Shown: in pieces, positions 1-13,972 of the stretch
Layout of the letters: the number at the start of each line of letters is the position of its first letter
How positions within the stretch are numbered: position 1 is the first letter of the stretch
Translations under genes and position numbers: made by a program
Assembly: GCF_006345805.1 (NCBI RefSeq)
Contig: NC_043003.1
Coordinates: 71,114,001-71,178,000 of the forward strand
DNA: 64,000 nt
Source: Octopus sinensis
Lineage: Eukaryota
Reading direction: 5' to 3'
Notes under the pieces: model-generated
What the model saw: only the letters and a program-made list of their open reading frames with translations
The model's database searches: none
Told to the model about the DNA's origin: nothing

Positions 1-187
1 GTTACTTATTGAAACCAGCCAAAACTGATGTGGCCAAAGTCCGTGTTATATTTCGATGGATTTCTGGTCAAGACTTACTACGATACAAACACATTCATGC
101 TCCACCGAAGGAATCTGCTGCTATGTATCTGAATGATTTGAAACAAAACAAAGGAAGCTACGAATCACTCTTTCGCCAAATGTGCAA
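1..187 (+). CDS. Exon E1 (5' part outside window) of KY/Hillarin-like transglutaminase-like domain protein
   Basis: Frame from nt 3 reads YLLKPAKTDVAKVRVIFRWISGQDL...NKGSYESLFRQMCK, matching the KY/Hillarin D..K.R.IFRWI and Y..LF..MC motifs. Donor AA|gtaagt at 187/188 (phase 2). Confidence 0.85.
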
Positions 188-679
188 GTAAGTTATCTCA
201 AAAATTTCATTTCCATTCCACATGAATGATGATTTTTTGCCCTCTTACCTTATTTTGCGCGCGTATTTGATGTGTCGTAGCAACCAAAAACACTACATAG
301 ATCAACAGTGTCTTTAACTGTATACACAGTACCGTTGTACATATATAAAGCGTCAACAAAATGAATTATCCCAACTAATGAAATTGGTGCTATATTTTGT
401 ATACTTTGCTATAGTTAAAACCCTTCCATTTGTAGAAAAATTGGTCTCCCTAAGGAGGCTTAAACTGATTCTCAAATGTGACACTGGGAAGCAGTGAATT
501 CGCTGTTTCGCATCAACAACTCTTTTGTATTCTTTTGTATTCGTCACAATAAATATGAGGTGATTAGTAAATATTGAAACTGTTCAAACATTAATTGGAC
601 ATAGACGCGGGAGTGGCTGTATGGTAAAAAGCTTGCTTCCCAACTACATGGTTCCAGGTTCAGTCCCGGTAACTAACAA

Positions 680-894
680 ATAATGGTCCTTATTTAGGAA
701 AGTTTTTAGTCGAACGGGATTTATTTCTTAAAACTAGTACCCTTTTGCTGAACCGCTTAAAACTAGGTCCCTTTTGCTGAACCGCTAGGTTACGGGAACG
801 TAAACACCGCGATGATGGTGGACAAACACAGACATGCACACGCATATATATATATATATATGTGTGTGTGTATGTGTGTGTGTGTGTTTGTATG

Positions 895-926
<32 letters not shown>

Positions 927-986
927 TATATATATGTATGTATATTTATATATATATATATACACATATATATATATATGTATGTA

Positions 987-1069
<83 letters not shown>

Positions 1070-1197
1070 GACAGGCTTCTTTCAGCTTCTGTCTACCAGA
1101 TTCTACTCACAAGACACATGTCCAACTTTCCACGCACTTGGACTCAACTCAGAACCATGTGGTTGGGAAGCAAGCCTCTTACTACACCTCACGCCAT
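680..1197 (-). mobile_element. SINE with tRNA-like head and an expanded internal (TA)n/(CA)n tract
   Basis: Minus strand has a tRNA-like head at 1197-1130, gtagacagaagctgaaagaagcctgtcgtata, the microsatellite, then gtttacgttcccgtaacctagcggttcagcaaaag. A second head lies on + at 604-668. Confidence 0.7.
840..1068. repeat. (TA)n/(TG)n microsatellite
   Basis: Direct inspection. Other long (TA)n tracts at ~4905-5002, 29600-29700, 59018-59100. Confidence 0.95.
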
Positions 1198-1302
1198 ATG
1201 TGTGTTTGTGTGTATTTCGCATAAGCATTGTGAAACTAATAACCTGGAGTAGAACTCAATATACACATGTCTAAGAAAGCGTTAGTCGAGTACAGAGCAG
1301 TA

Positions 1303-1633
1303 ATAAGAAACTGAGATGACGAAGGAATAACCGATCATCTTATGAACTTCAGTAGCTTGTAGTTGTTTCTGCTATAAGATGCAGTGGACTGATAGTTGAG
1401 TATCTGAGTAACGTAGCTTCACGGGAGCTGCGAATATGAAGTGTAATTTATTTGGTAATAATGTAGTTCTTTTCTTGAATAAATTGCACTTCTTATTCGA
1501 GGTTCTGGTGATGCTATAACGTGTTATTCAGGCACTCAGCCATGAGTCCACTGCATCTTGGTAGCAGAAACAGCTGCAAGCTACTGAAATGCATAAGATA
1601 ATCGTTTATTCCTTTGTCATCTCAGTTTCTTAT
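1303..1633. repeat. Inverted repeat (MITE-like), ~110-bp arms
   Basis: ataagaaactgagatgac...gagtaac (1303-1412) versus its reverse complement at 1523-1633. A related fragment lies at ~46370-46440. Confidence 0.7.
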
Positions 1634-1649
1634 ACATATGTATATATAT

Positions 1650-1705
<56 letters not shown>

Positions 1706-4420
1706 AATTGAATTCAGAACGGAAAAAAATAGCGTAAGGCATTTTCTCCATCACTATCAATTCTACCAGGTTATCGACGTTAGACATACACGTATACGCG
1801 CGCGCGTGATAGTATCATACCAATAAGATTAATGTACTCTTTAGTTATTTCCCCCCACCCCACCCAAACGGATGTAATGTATCCTAGTATAAGCATTTTA
1901 GACCATACTATAAACTTTATTAGCGTACATGCTTCGATAATTTTATACAAATACAGGAGTGTGTGTTTTTATGTATTTGTGTCAATGCCTTTGTATGATT
2001 AATACGCCACTGTAGGTAATCATGTATATTCAGAGGCGTGAATGTGCGCACGCGTGCACATATCATCATTCAAATGTTACATCATATATAGACTGTCACC
2101 AATAGACACCTCAAATGTAAACGCAAAAGAAAAAAAGTAATCTTTTAGATATTTACTTGGTAAATAAACAAAAGATTATACACTAATTCGCTTCCCGCCC
2201 TATAGTTGAAATTACAATGAATGACGCCTCCAAACCAGACACATTGAATACTCACCTCACCTTATATATTGCAGGTGCATCCGTTTTTATTCATTGTCAC
2301 TATCAGTCAAGAGTGACACTAGAGTAAACATTTTTGTTATAATATGTATACATGCACATACACGTTCTCTTTCTCTCTCTCTCTTCCACGCACAACACAC
2401 ACGATACCATAATTATATATATGTATGTGTGTGTATGCATGAATGTACACACACACACACACACACACACACACTACAATATCCACTTAAGCCACAGAAA
2501 AAGAGAGCTCGCTATTTGTACACATATTGATCTGAAGAGCAAATATGATTAACTCCAATCGGATTTATTGCACCAAGTCTTCGCTGCTTCCAGATCTTGC
2601 AAGGAGAATGTGTACTTTAATATTGTTAACATCCAATGGCGACCTGAACTGCATTTCAAGACAACAAATACACCAACTGCTCGGTTTGGAGTCAAATATC
2701 CTTATGAGATACTCGCAGATGATTTCAAGCATCAAGCTCAACATTATACATAGCCGAAATTTATAATGTAGCTCTTATCAACAATCTCAAGGATACAAAT
2801 TTTCAAGAATTTCAAAGATATATCGCTCTCAATCTAACAATACTGACGTGAATAATCTAGCAACAGACATTTTGAAAGACACGTAACAGTGTTCGTACTT
2901 GAATAGCTTATATTAATGACTCTGAACACAAACTCGCTGCAGTCAAAAGTCAGCTAATTTTGACAGGATTTGGCAGTAAGATGCTGGAATTTACTTCTTT
3001 GATATTCATTGTGGATTCATCTATGGCTTGCCAAAATCATCCCTCTCCAACGTACAATAAGCGTGCCTAGAGAACATGCAGCATCAAAATATTATTTTGA
3101 TGCATGTTCTCTAGGCACGCTCCTTTCCGCACGTTGATTTTATTTCCAAGGATGGTTTATTTCCTGACAATCCAATTTACATTTGTTTATTCTATGGTTT
3201 TAAGAACGAAAAAATTTCACGAATGAAAATAATGCACCACCTTCAAAATTAGTTTCGAATGAAATATAGGTATTTTCACTTTTACATACATAATCCTATG
3301 TCCTATAAAACTTGAATTTGATAAATATAATTTACACGAATTATGATCAATTATTATTGAGCGCTTATGTGTAGCACCGTGTATTAAACCCTGAACTGCT
3401 ATAAACACATTGGAAACCCTAACTTCGAACATAGCTGGAAACTAAAGAATGCAAAACATTCTATTTACTTTAACAATACCGTCAACACAGCTATAACGAA
3501 AATACGATAAAACCATTAATTAGTTGAACAAAGTCATTTAATAAAATCTATGTTAACAAGTCTGGTAAAAACACTTATGCTAAGAGACTGATTACTTGTT
3601 AAGCCATTAGTCATGTGGGTGTGAGCATGACACGTTTAAGAAAATTAACAACAGAAGTATATTTGTGTGCTATAAAGGAAAAGTATTTAGTTTCATTTAT
3701 TTGACAACTGATTTTTATCTGAGATGGTGAGATAGGATCAAAGCAATAGCACGGTGGTAATAACATTCGCCTTTAAAATCATACGTACTTATGTACTTTT
3801 GTTTTATTTTTATTATTTCGTATTCATATTATTATTGGTAATTAGATATAAAAGTTTCTAGTCGTACATCTACAATTACCCTGCGTAATATTCGTCGATG
3901 GCAAATATGTTTTAGTAATCAAAGGAAACCCCGGAAAACAAATCTTGTTTCTTCACTTCTTGATGGCTTCCTCGCTAAGAATAGCATGTTGCCGATCGAG
4001 TTTCCTCTAGTACGAACGCAAGCAGTATGGTTTGCGAATTGGCTAATACTTCAATAGATCACAGATTAAATTGGTCTTGGACGCCATCCGGATGATAATT
4101 AGATGTTTCCTGTGTACATTGACAGCGAAAACGTGCATAAAACATAAGGCTTGTTTAAAAATTTATAAAATATAATGTTTCATTTTATAATTTTAAGCGA
4201 AATCAGCCAACTCATTTTTCAATTGCTGATTCTAGAGGAAGAGGTAATACTCCTAACCTTGAAAGGTGCCTCCAGGACGGTGCTGTTGAGGCCGTTATTT
4301 GAGTAATCTAAGGCGAAAAAAAAAACTCAAAGAAAGGAAAAACAGATTTTTGACACGTAAAGAGTCATAGAAACGAATACTTAATTGTACAACAAAATTC
4401 GAAGAAGCTTGTACGTCTAT

Positions 4421-4511
<91 letters not shown>

Positions 4512-4739
4512 ATCTGATTATGTGCATGTGTGTGCGTGTCTGAGTTTATGTTTAAATGTTTGTGCGTGTGCTAACTGTGTTTGTGTTAGCGTGATTTGCA
4601 AATGCAACTAATCTGAAACTTCGAAGCTATTGCTGAATGTTTCCTTGTGAAAATCATATATGTATAATATACATACACACACACACCTACCTATCTACCT
4701 ACCTACCTACCTACCTATATACATACATACATACATACA

Positions 4740-4791
<52 letters not shown>

Positions 4792-4912
4792 AGCTACCAG
4801 GCGTAAACCATTCGTTTTATTATCCATTATATAGATATGTATTCATACATTCGTATATTTATGTGTATATCTTTATTTACACAAACACACACGCATACAT
4901 GTATATGTATAC

Positions 4913-5004
<92 letters not shown>

Positions 5005-5959
5005 CTGTATAAGTTAGAGGTTGAGAAACCAACTAAGAGATAGTAGCTATCCAATATACTGCTGGTAGTAGTGCACCCAATTATTCATATCCAAATGCTA
5101 GTTATTGCATGGCAATCTCGCAATCGGGTATTATATATGGGCGGGGTAACAACTGGTTTACCTTGATTTATACGGCAAATAAGAAAACGGAGAACATATA
5201 AAATCGACAGACATCAGCCGGTAAACATTCCAGTATGTCTATTCAAATGTATTGGATGAATATACACACATGTATGAGTGGTACAGATTAGCGAGTGGAA
5301 AAAAGACTGGTAACTGCATAAACAAGGGTGTGAATACATATAAGCATATAGAAACAACTGAGCAAATTGGCAAAAAACTAAATGGCTGTGCAGGTGCTAG
5401 TTCCTTACGGCCGTTTCTGCCTAGAGGCAACGAAATCTTCCAGGTTATCTCCACCTCTTCAGTGTTATGCAAGGATAAGCAGACAAGACTTGGATAATAG
5501 ATGTGCCCCTAGGCTTGTTCAGAGGGTCTAAGTGGTTGGTGGGGGCTAATACATATAAAAGACAGTTAAGAATAGCTAAGATGTGTTTATCCTTTTAAAT
5601 AGAGTAGAATAATAAAAATAAGAATGAGAGTAAGAGCAAACACAAGAGTATAAGTGAAGTACAGCATAGTAAAATGATACGGGCATAGAAAGGAGAAATA
5701 AGGTACAGACTTCTGGTAATATATTATAAGATCCATGTTATTTCATCCAGTGGTGGGTAGGTAAATATAGTCGTTCTCAGGAGGAATTTTTCGGGAGGGA
5801 TAATTTTAGTCAGTAGTTTACATTGACTTTCCATAGAACTTCAGTGGTGGGTTTGTTGGTATGGTCCGTGTTACAGGGGTGAAAGTTTATATGTAAAGTT
5901 CCAGTTAGCTTTTTGCCAATTTCCTCACTTGTTTCTATATGCTTATATGTATTCACATC

Positions 5960-6520
5960 TTTGTTTATGGAGTCGGTCAAGTTTCCCTAAAAGATGGTCA
6001 ATAAAGACGGCGAGATTGCGTAGAACATATTCATATTCGGTGAGTCCCTCATGTACTCAACTGTGGCATAGGGATTTTCTTACTCCTAAATGCGAACATT
6101 ATGTTTGTTGACTTTGCCATTCCTATGAAATGTGGCCTCATCACTGAAAACAAGACGCTTTTCGAACTCCTCATCTTCAGGTTTCTCTTGTATAGCGACA
6201 CAGAATTGCTTGCGCGTTTCCCTGTCATCTGTGTTTAAGTCTTGAACGAGTTGAAAATTATAGGGTATCATTCGCAAGCGTTTCCAAACGAATCAGGGTT
6301 TCTGTTGATGCTCTTCTTACAGACTTTCTAGAGTTTTGCACAAATATTTCCCGAACCTGATTGAGGATATCTTCCAATGCTGGTGGTCGTCAAGATCCCT
6401 TTGGCCTACACTGACAGCCTTCCTGTTTGATTTTTTTGTGACGTGTCCAAATCTGCTTTCCAGTTGATGCATTTTTATAGAATATTCCCGGAAATGCACG
6501 CTGAATATACTCTTGTTTGA
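5960..6520 (-). mobile_element. Degenerate Tc1/mariner-superfamily transposase fragment
   Basis: Minus strand reads QRAF...RKSVRRAS (HTH region), PYNFQLVQDL..DDRETRKQFC...LVFSDEATFHRNGKVNKHNVRI and ENPYATVEYMRDSP, with stops and frameshifts. Confidence 0.85.
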
Positions 6521-6671
6521 CTGTATTCAAGCATATTCTAACACACACAATAACTTTTTATTTTACCCTGATAAAGAAAACAGAAAACAAACCTAAGTTT
6601 TATACATTTTGTGAAAATTTGAGCTCATTTGGGCGAGAATTGGCTATGTTATTAGGCTACGAAATGAATGT

Positions 6672-6706
<35 letters not shown>

Positions 6707-6848
6707 CCGAAACTGCTGAGATAAGCTGGAACTCGACTGAGGATAGAAAGCTCCGAATGACCCGTCCTTGTTATTTCTTGTTCTTTTTTGTATAATTGTC
6801 CGGATGTTTTGTTGTAGCTTGTTACGTTCTTGTTCCATTTTTTGTTTT

Positions 6849-6913
<65 letters not shown>

Positions 6914-6915
<2 letters not shown>

Positions 6916-7524
6916 CTGTAAATGTAATATGTGACAATTATTCAGTAGCCATGATAAAACTCCGACTTTCGGATGCCGAGGTGGAAAACCACGCCGCCAT
7001 CTCTTCAGTTATCCGACCATCGGAAAAATGCTATGAAAATGACCGTTATACAAAGGGAAATTACTGTGTAATTGACAGTTATTAAGACAAAAGAGCTATT
7101 CGAATGACCGCTAAGTGAGGGGAGAGAGTAAAAGTAAGGGGTCAAAAAAGGTCGTAGTATTCGCGTAAGCGCGCATATCCATACCTACACACGCGCACCC
7201 GCACACCCACGTACATGCGCCTAAAAGTATACACTCGCGCATTTACATGGGTGTGCGGGTGCGCATGTGTAGGAATGGACATGCGCGCTCACGTTAATAC
7301 TATGAACATTTTTACCCCCTTACTTAGCGGTCATTCGAATAGCTCTTTTGTCTTAATAACGGTCAATCACACAGTAATTTCCCTTTCTATAACGGTCATT
7401 TTCATAGCCTTTTTCCGATGGTCGGATAACTGAAGAGATGGCGGCGTGGTTTTCCACCCTGGCATCCGAAACTCGGAGTTTTGTTATGGCTACCGAATAA
7501 TTGTGACATATTACATTTACAGAT
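6914..7524. mobile_element. Foldback/MITE-like element, near-palindromic along its length
   Basis: 6914-~7130 is the reverse complement of ~7320-7524 (e.g. ggtggaaaaccacgccgccatctcttcagttatccgacc). Inner arms ~7165-7210/~7245-7290 also pair. TA at both ends. Confidence 0.8.
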
Positions 7525-7837
7525 AAATTTCCCCTATTTACATAATACTAAAGTCTCTTTCTTTCTTTTGTTATCTTACCGTTTTTACCAATATATATAT
7601 ATATATAATGTACTGTTCCGTGATGGTAAGACCAGCAAAAAATGTACTCCATCTGGTGAGAGAGAAATATTTGTTAATAGACACACGTTTTTATTATTAT
7701 ATAGAGAGATTATGTGAAAACCCTTACATAATACAACCTTCTTCAGAAGACATTTCAGTATACATACATATACACACAGACACACATAAACACATATTTT
7801 ATTAAATATCTAAAATTTCCAATATTTATTCATTTAG

Positions 7838-8240
7838 ATATGCCGGGATACCATGTGAAAAAATTACAGGCTATGCGAAAGGTGTTTCTTACAATGTTGG
7901 TGAAGACATTGGAGACACTGCTCGCAACACCTGGAATGCTGTACTGGTGGATAAGTCCTGGCGCTTGATTGACATGCAATGGGCATCAAGACAAGTGGTT
8001 ACGCAAGACAAAGGCGAATGGGAACTGATTGACGATGGCACTGGCTCAAAACCAGCCAAAAGTGAAGACAGTGATGTCAGCTATGATATATATGCTTACG
8101 AAGAATTTTATTTTCTTACTGACCCAGAAGAATTTGTATACAGCCATTTCCCAGATGAAGAAGCATGGCAGTTACTTGCTCGACCAATGACTTTCGAAGA
8201 ATTCCAAAAAATTGCCTACTTGAGATCAAAGTTCTTTGAG
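7838..8240 (+). CDS. Exon E2: transglutaminase-like core
   Basis: Acceptor tttag|A completes the phase-2 Lys codon. Reads YAGIPCEKITGYAKG...NTWNAVLVDKSWRLIDMQW...EEFYFLTDPEEFVYSHFPDEEAWQLLARPMTFEEF, the KY/Hillarin signature. Donor GAG|gtaacg (phase 0). Confidence 0.92.
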
Positions 8241-9659
8241 GTAACGTAGATTTAAAGCTTTCGCTTACAACATGAAGTTTCAGATCTTTAATAGAACTAG
8301 GAATTAGGAAGCTTTAAGTTTATTCCTTTCCCATGGGCAGCAGTGAAGTTAAATGAATTAGATCAAGTTTGTTGTGGGTTGACCCATTTCAGCCCCAATT
8401 GAGCAGACGTGTAGGTATGAATTGGGAGAGTTTTGGTTGCTATTTCTTGTAGGTGTTGTCAAATTAATAATCAGAACAGGTTTAATATAGATATGTCCAT
8501 AATTTAATACGAAGCTCACACAAGAAGTGAGGGTAACAAAGTAGTTCTAAAATACTTCGATTAAATTCAAAGCATTTTAGCAAATTATACATTCGCAGTG
8601 TTTCGTCTAATACAGCAGTGGCTAATGGCTAAATTGTAAACTTCTTGTCTTCATATTCAATATAAACCCTTAACAATAGCTGGTTTAATTAATCGCTGAT
8701 GAAATCCTTATAGAGGGATTTATCTGAAATTCCTCTGGTTCAATCTGCTTTATTTAGTCTACATCTATAAAGTCAAAGTGTTATCATTTCAATATACATA
8801 CAATCTGTAATATTAAATTTTAATGGAAGTAGCCATAGCTTCCAATGAAAATTAAAATCTTGTTTCGAACTTTAATGGCGGAGAGATTCATTGTTTTATT
8901 CAAATGAACAATGAACAGTAATAACGATATGTTACTTATGCATAACAGGTATACAATTGAACATTAGGAGAGAGGGATTTAACAGCATATACGTCTTAAC
9001 AAAAATACATCTCCCTCTTTATCCAGCTAGCCCTCTACCTACATACCTATCTGCCTACTGAAGATTATTCGTAACATATGATGGGAAATATCCTACAGAA
9101 TGTACATCTTTAATGTGTAAAATAAATATCTCTCCGTCATACTAATGTCTTCACTAAAATTCTGTTTCACAGGGTGGTAACATATACGGTAGTCAATATG
9201 TATAACCCATAGCAGTCATTTAGTTTTATAAATGGCCACAACTCATGGGTTGAAACCGGTTCAATTCAATTATTATTGTTTAGAGTGCGTATATTCTTAT
9301 GAATTATTTACGCGTCAGCAATATTTATACTTTATACTAAACTTTGCTAAGTGGTATATCCATCGATATGCACTCAAATTAATTTTAATTATTCAAATAC
9401 GTTAGAGAGTTGTAAACGCCTGTCATGTTTATACAACCAGACAGGAAAGAGTATCCAGTAGACCCCTTTTTTCTTGTCCACGGTGACAGACATGTACGAC
9501 CATTTTATGAATCTTATATATTTTATTTATGAGTGCAGTGACGTCTAAAATCTATGCGTATATCCCATAAAGTTTATCTTGTTAATATCCTCTTGTTAAT
9601 TTGTTCATGCTTGAATGTTTTCACATTTGTTGATTTATTGTTTTTATTTATTTTGTTAG

Positions 9660-11012
9660 CTCTCAATGACAGTGATGTCCCATCCATGGTGTGTACTTCA
9701 AGCAGTAAATGGCGAAGCTAACTTGGATATGGGATTCATTTCCGATACTATGAAGTTTTCCTACAACCTATATCGCTCCACTAAAGTCGAGCATAAACAG
9801 ATTCAAGGAAACGTTGACATGGACAAGTTTCTCTTCCTTGAAACAATACCCGACGACAAAACACTAAGTGTAGAAATTTTCTTCCCGACAACTGGAAAAT
9901 TTAAAGCCGAAATCTTTGGTCGTGACACGAACGAAACCGATACAGTCTTGAAGTGGCTTTGCACCTATGTATTTTATTGTGAAACTCCCAAGACCAATTG
10001 CAGACCGCTTCCCCAAAACCCTAGGAAAGAGTGGGGTCCTGGCTCTGATACCATAAGTATGGGTATGGAAGCTATAACTCACAAGAGGGGCAAAATAAAC
10101 GTTGATGATGGTGAAGTTGAAGTGAAATTCTCTCTCAACAAAGATCGAGACTTTCTTCATAAACTAACCACAGAAGACAACAAAACCCTGGACAATTACA
10201 CCGTTCATCGGATAGAGAATGGAGAAGTTATTTTTCACGCTCGTGTTCCTGGCAAAGGTCAGTATATGTTGAGCATCATGGCAAAAGAAGACGATGAAGA
10301 AGGGGGTTATCCAAGCGTCTGCAATTACCTATTGAGATGTGATGAGGAATTTCCTCCTCTCGAGCCGTTTCCTGAAATACCTAACGGAGAACTTGGCCCA
10401 ACAGATGAATTCAAGAAACTTGGTTTGGCTCTTGTTGAGAATTGTTCTGCTATGGTAACAGTCGATAAAACTGGACAGTTATATTTCAAGATGAAAATCC
10501 CTAAAACTGTTGAATTCTTTGCTAAACTAGGTCTTTTAATTGATGGAAATGTAGAAGACAAATCTGAATATGTTTCCTGGTACAGGGAGGGAGAAATAGT
10601 TACTTTTGAACTTCGCTTTGGACAGAAAGGATCATATCGCTTCAATCTTTTTGCCAAACCTGCCGGCCAACCCGGTGGGTTTCCCAGGGCGTTTAGCTCC
10701 ATCATCGAAGTTCCTATTCCGATGATGGTAGCTATGAGCTTCCCTGAGAAATACGCCGGCTGGACGGACGAGTGCAAACTGATTGAACCGTTTAATAAAA
10801 ATTTGCCCTCCAAAGATAAAGTGGATTTTGCTGCCGTGGTGCCCAATGCTAAAGCTGTTGCAGTAGTGGGTAATGAATGGACACAGTTAAAGAAAGACAA
10901 AGATGGGGTTTGGAAGAACTCAGTTGCTACCATTGAAGAAGGGAAACCAATGTTTTTGTCAGCTAAATTTGACGAAGCTGGGAATTCATTTTCCCATTTA
11001 CTGAAATATGAT
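9660..11012 (+). CDS. Exon E3: KY/Hillarin-type beta-sandwich (Ig-like) repeats
   Basis: Acceptor gttag|CTC TCA ATG. 451 open codons with recurring F.....P..G.Y.L.IFAK/V..Y motifs and a terminal FPEKYAGW...VPNAKAVAVVGNEWTQL..DGVW...LLKYD unit. Donor GAT|gtaagt (phase 0). Confidence 0.92.
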
Positions 11013-12845
11013 GTAAGTTGCTTTTAACTTATTTTCAGTTATCTTAAAATGTACTTCATTGATTTCTTTAAAAACATAGATGGTTATTGATAAGTGATTT
11101 TTAAGGATGAATTTGCTTATTATTTATTATTATATCAATTTGAGTCTCGACGCTATATAACTTTTATATATTATGTGTCAGTTTGCAATCTAATAGTAAT
11201 AGGGATTGTTATGTGCACCATGTCTTCTTACTCGTTCTTGAATGTATCTAGAAGAAATGAGTTTCATGAAAATCGCCTTCATTAAGGCAGTTTCTACACG
11301 CAAAGCAGAACTAATCACTGTAAGCTTACTAAATGTACGTAAATTTCAATTGCGACTGCACCTTACAGAGGTGCGTTGTATTTACTGTAAGCTATCTACT
11401 TACAGACTGGTGGGTTGTGTAAAGTTGTAAGTCAAACGTCGTAGCTACAGACACAACGTAGTATCACTGACATGTTACTAATCGTGGAGCTCTATTGACA
11501 CACCAATACTTTACTGGACAGTGCAAACGCGCTTTGAGACTGTGTAACATCACATACAGCGGGATGTTATTTTACTTCCATGATCTCTTAAAGTCCATTA
11601 TATTTTCCCGTTCTAGAAGCAATATAACCCTGTTGGTTAACTCGATTAACTACGTCTCATTTTTTCCTGAGCCCTTGGACTCATAAGGCCGTTTCTCGAT
11701 TTCCAAAACATATAAGTAACCGAGATCACAATATTCCCATAAACGGGACGTTTGTTCGTCGCTGGATGTAAGGTCAGCAATTTTACTTATTTTTAGGGAA
11801 GGTTACAATTCGATTACATCAAATTCAGTACTTGATTGATACTTTATTTTATCGACTCCAAAAGGATGAAACGTAAAGCTGTCCTCGGCAGAATCTCAAC
11901 TCAGGGCGTAAAGAGACAGAAGTGCCACTAAGTATTTTGTCCGACATGCAAACGAGTCTGCTATGACTCATTGTCTTCTTAAAATTACATCAACGGCAGA
12001 AAATAGTTTACATCAGTCATACCGCTTTACATTATGGCTTGAAATCATGTCCTAGGGTCAACTTTGTCTTTTATCTTTCATAGATTTTTGTTTTTATTGT
12101 GCCGCAAGGTCAGCTCCGATCGTGCCACTCACAGATCTTTCTTTGGTTAATAAAATAGTTACTAACCGAGTAGCAACATCGATTTAATCAACTACCTCTC
12201 TCTCTCTCTCTCTCTCTCTAAATCATGTAAGGGAAAAAATTCATGTTTTTATCTTATGACTTATTAAAATTAAAGAATGGACTGGAACGAAATTATTATT
12301 ATTGGCCTGAAATTTAAAGCAATGGGATCCAAACACCTCGCATTCAGCAAAAATATAGAGTAAAATAAGGATTTCAAGTTTTAGCACCAGGCCAGTAAGT
12401 TCGTGAGTACTCAACTAGCACTCATTTTATCGGCCCCGAAAAGATGAAAGGGAAAGCCGACCATGACAGAATTCTATCTATAGTGAATGAACGATAAATC
12501 TGTAGATACTAAACCCAGACTTTAGGATTCTATCTGCGTTTATTCATAATAGCAAGCCATTAATAGAACAGTAGAAATATGCAAAACTTTCTGGAAATTT
12601 AGCTTATATTTACTACATAACCATAAATCATAGCATTTACACATGCATATACACACATGTATACAAAACATACATGCACATATACATATGAAAATGCATA
12701 CAAACTTATGCTTAGATTGTAATGAAAGAACTCTCCTTTGAATCGGAGACTAGATTTTTCTCTATTAGAGAGGCATTTGAAGAATAAAGCCTGAAGAATA
12801 TACGCATATTTTAAAAATATATTCTTTTCTATTTCCTGTTTCTAG

Positions 12846-13223
12846 GTAATATCAAAAGAAAAAATGGATGAAATTGCAAGAGACCAGAAAAAGGCTCACA
12901 GCGACGCCGATGCTGAATACCATGAGAGAACGAAAATGAAGGAAACCCTGAAGAAAAAAGCTGAAGAAAAACGTAAACAAGAAGCTTTGGAAAAGAGAAG
13001 ACGAATGGAACTACAAATAATGGAAGATGGCGAAAAGAAACAGATCGAAGAAAGGTTAGACTTTGAAGAAGCTGGTAAAACATTATCAAGCAGCGACAGT
13101 ACAGCTCGACGTCTGGAAGAAGAACGGAAGAAAAGAGAGGAAGACAGAAAGAAAAAAGATGAGAAAATTAGGAAAAGAGAAGCTGACATTATTCAGAAAA
13201 GAGATTCTCGTTCTCCTGCTACT
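12846..13223 (+). CDS. Exon E4: highly charged E/K/R-rich helical linker
   Basis: Acceptor tttctag|GTA ATA. Reads VISKEKMDEIARDQKK...EEERKKREEDRKKKDEKIRKRE...RDSRSPAT. Donor ACT|gtgagt (phase 0). Confidence 0.88.
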
Positions 13224-13808
13224 GTGAGTATTAAAATTGTTTCGCGATTCTTTTGATATAAAAATTCATTTTACAGAATATCACTGTACGTACACCATTT
13301 ATTATACAAGGTTGTAAACAGATCCTTTTACTATAAGCTTCAGTGTAGGTTACATTTTATTGTATACCACAGCATGTATATTTTAGCGTGCACCATTGTA
13401 TAGACACCATTTTATATACACCACAGAATATATGCCATATTACTTTGAATAACTATATATAACAATTATTCTACACCATTGTGTAAATATTGGATTGTAT
13501 ATCTATGAACATGCACCATTTTACAGTACATCATTGTATCATCGTCGTTATCATCATCATCAAACTTACGTCTTCGATTTCCAAGCTAGCATAGAATAGA
13601 TGCGACTTGTTTGAGGCAATAATCCATGGTCTAATATTACCTTACCTGTCGCCAATACTTGCTTTTTTCCGAGCTAGTTACTTATTACCCCGCTTTTTCT
13701 TTTTTACATGTACAGTTTATTGGCCGGAGAAGTTTTATGGTACACGCAAACAACGACAGTCCCTCTAAAATAGTGGGATCGTTTCAAGCCAAACGTGTGA
13801 CCGTGTCA

Positions 13809-13857
<49 letters not shown>

Positions 13858-13972
13858 CACTCATTTATGTACAGTGTAAAGTTAAAAGAAAACAGAAAAA
13901 CACACAAAAAGTATGACGGCTGCGGGATAGGTGTAGCGCCTCAGAAGTTTGAGTGTAGCGTTTAAAAATCCG

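Noticed and set aside
604-668. tRNA genes at tRNA-like heads (also 1130-1197, 22540-22612, 26700-26760)
   Set aside because: They run into SINE bodies and lack a complete cloverleaf.
690-1274. ORFs rich in YI, CV, HT, YM repeats here and at ~4295-5054, 29464-29847, 35574-36208, 48680-49076, 58069-58373
   Set aside because: They are translations of (TA)n, (TG)n, (CA)n and (TATG)n microsatellites, with no splice or homology support.
2540-3060. Possible hAT transposase remnant
   Set aside because: Only vague similarity; no convincing motif in any frame and no TIR or TSD found.
8695-8745. ctgatga followed by a hairpin, as a hammerhead candidate
   Set aside because: Stem II (aaatcc/ggattt) is not directly followed by GAAA, and no helix I or III is present.
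13072-13080. Internal phase-1 donor GCT G|gtaaaa that could join E4 directly to R1
   Set aside because: Not needed: the strong gtgagt donor at 13224 plus the 40-nt exon at 19119-19158 gives a clean frame. It remains a possible minor site.
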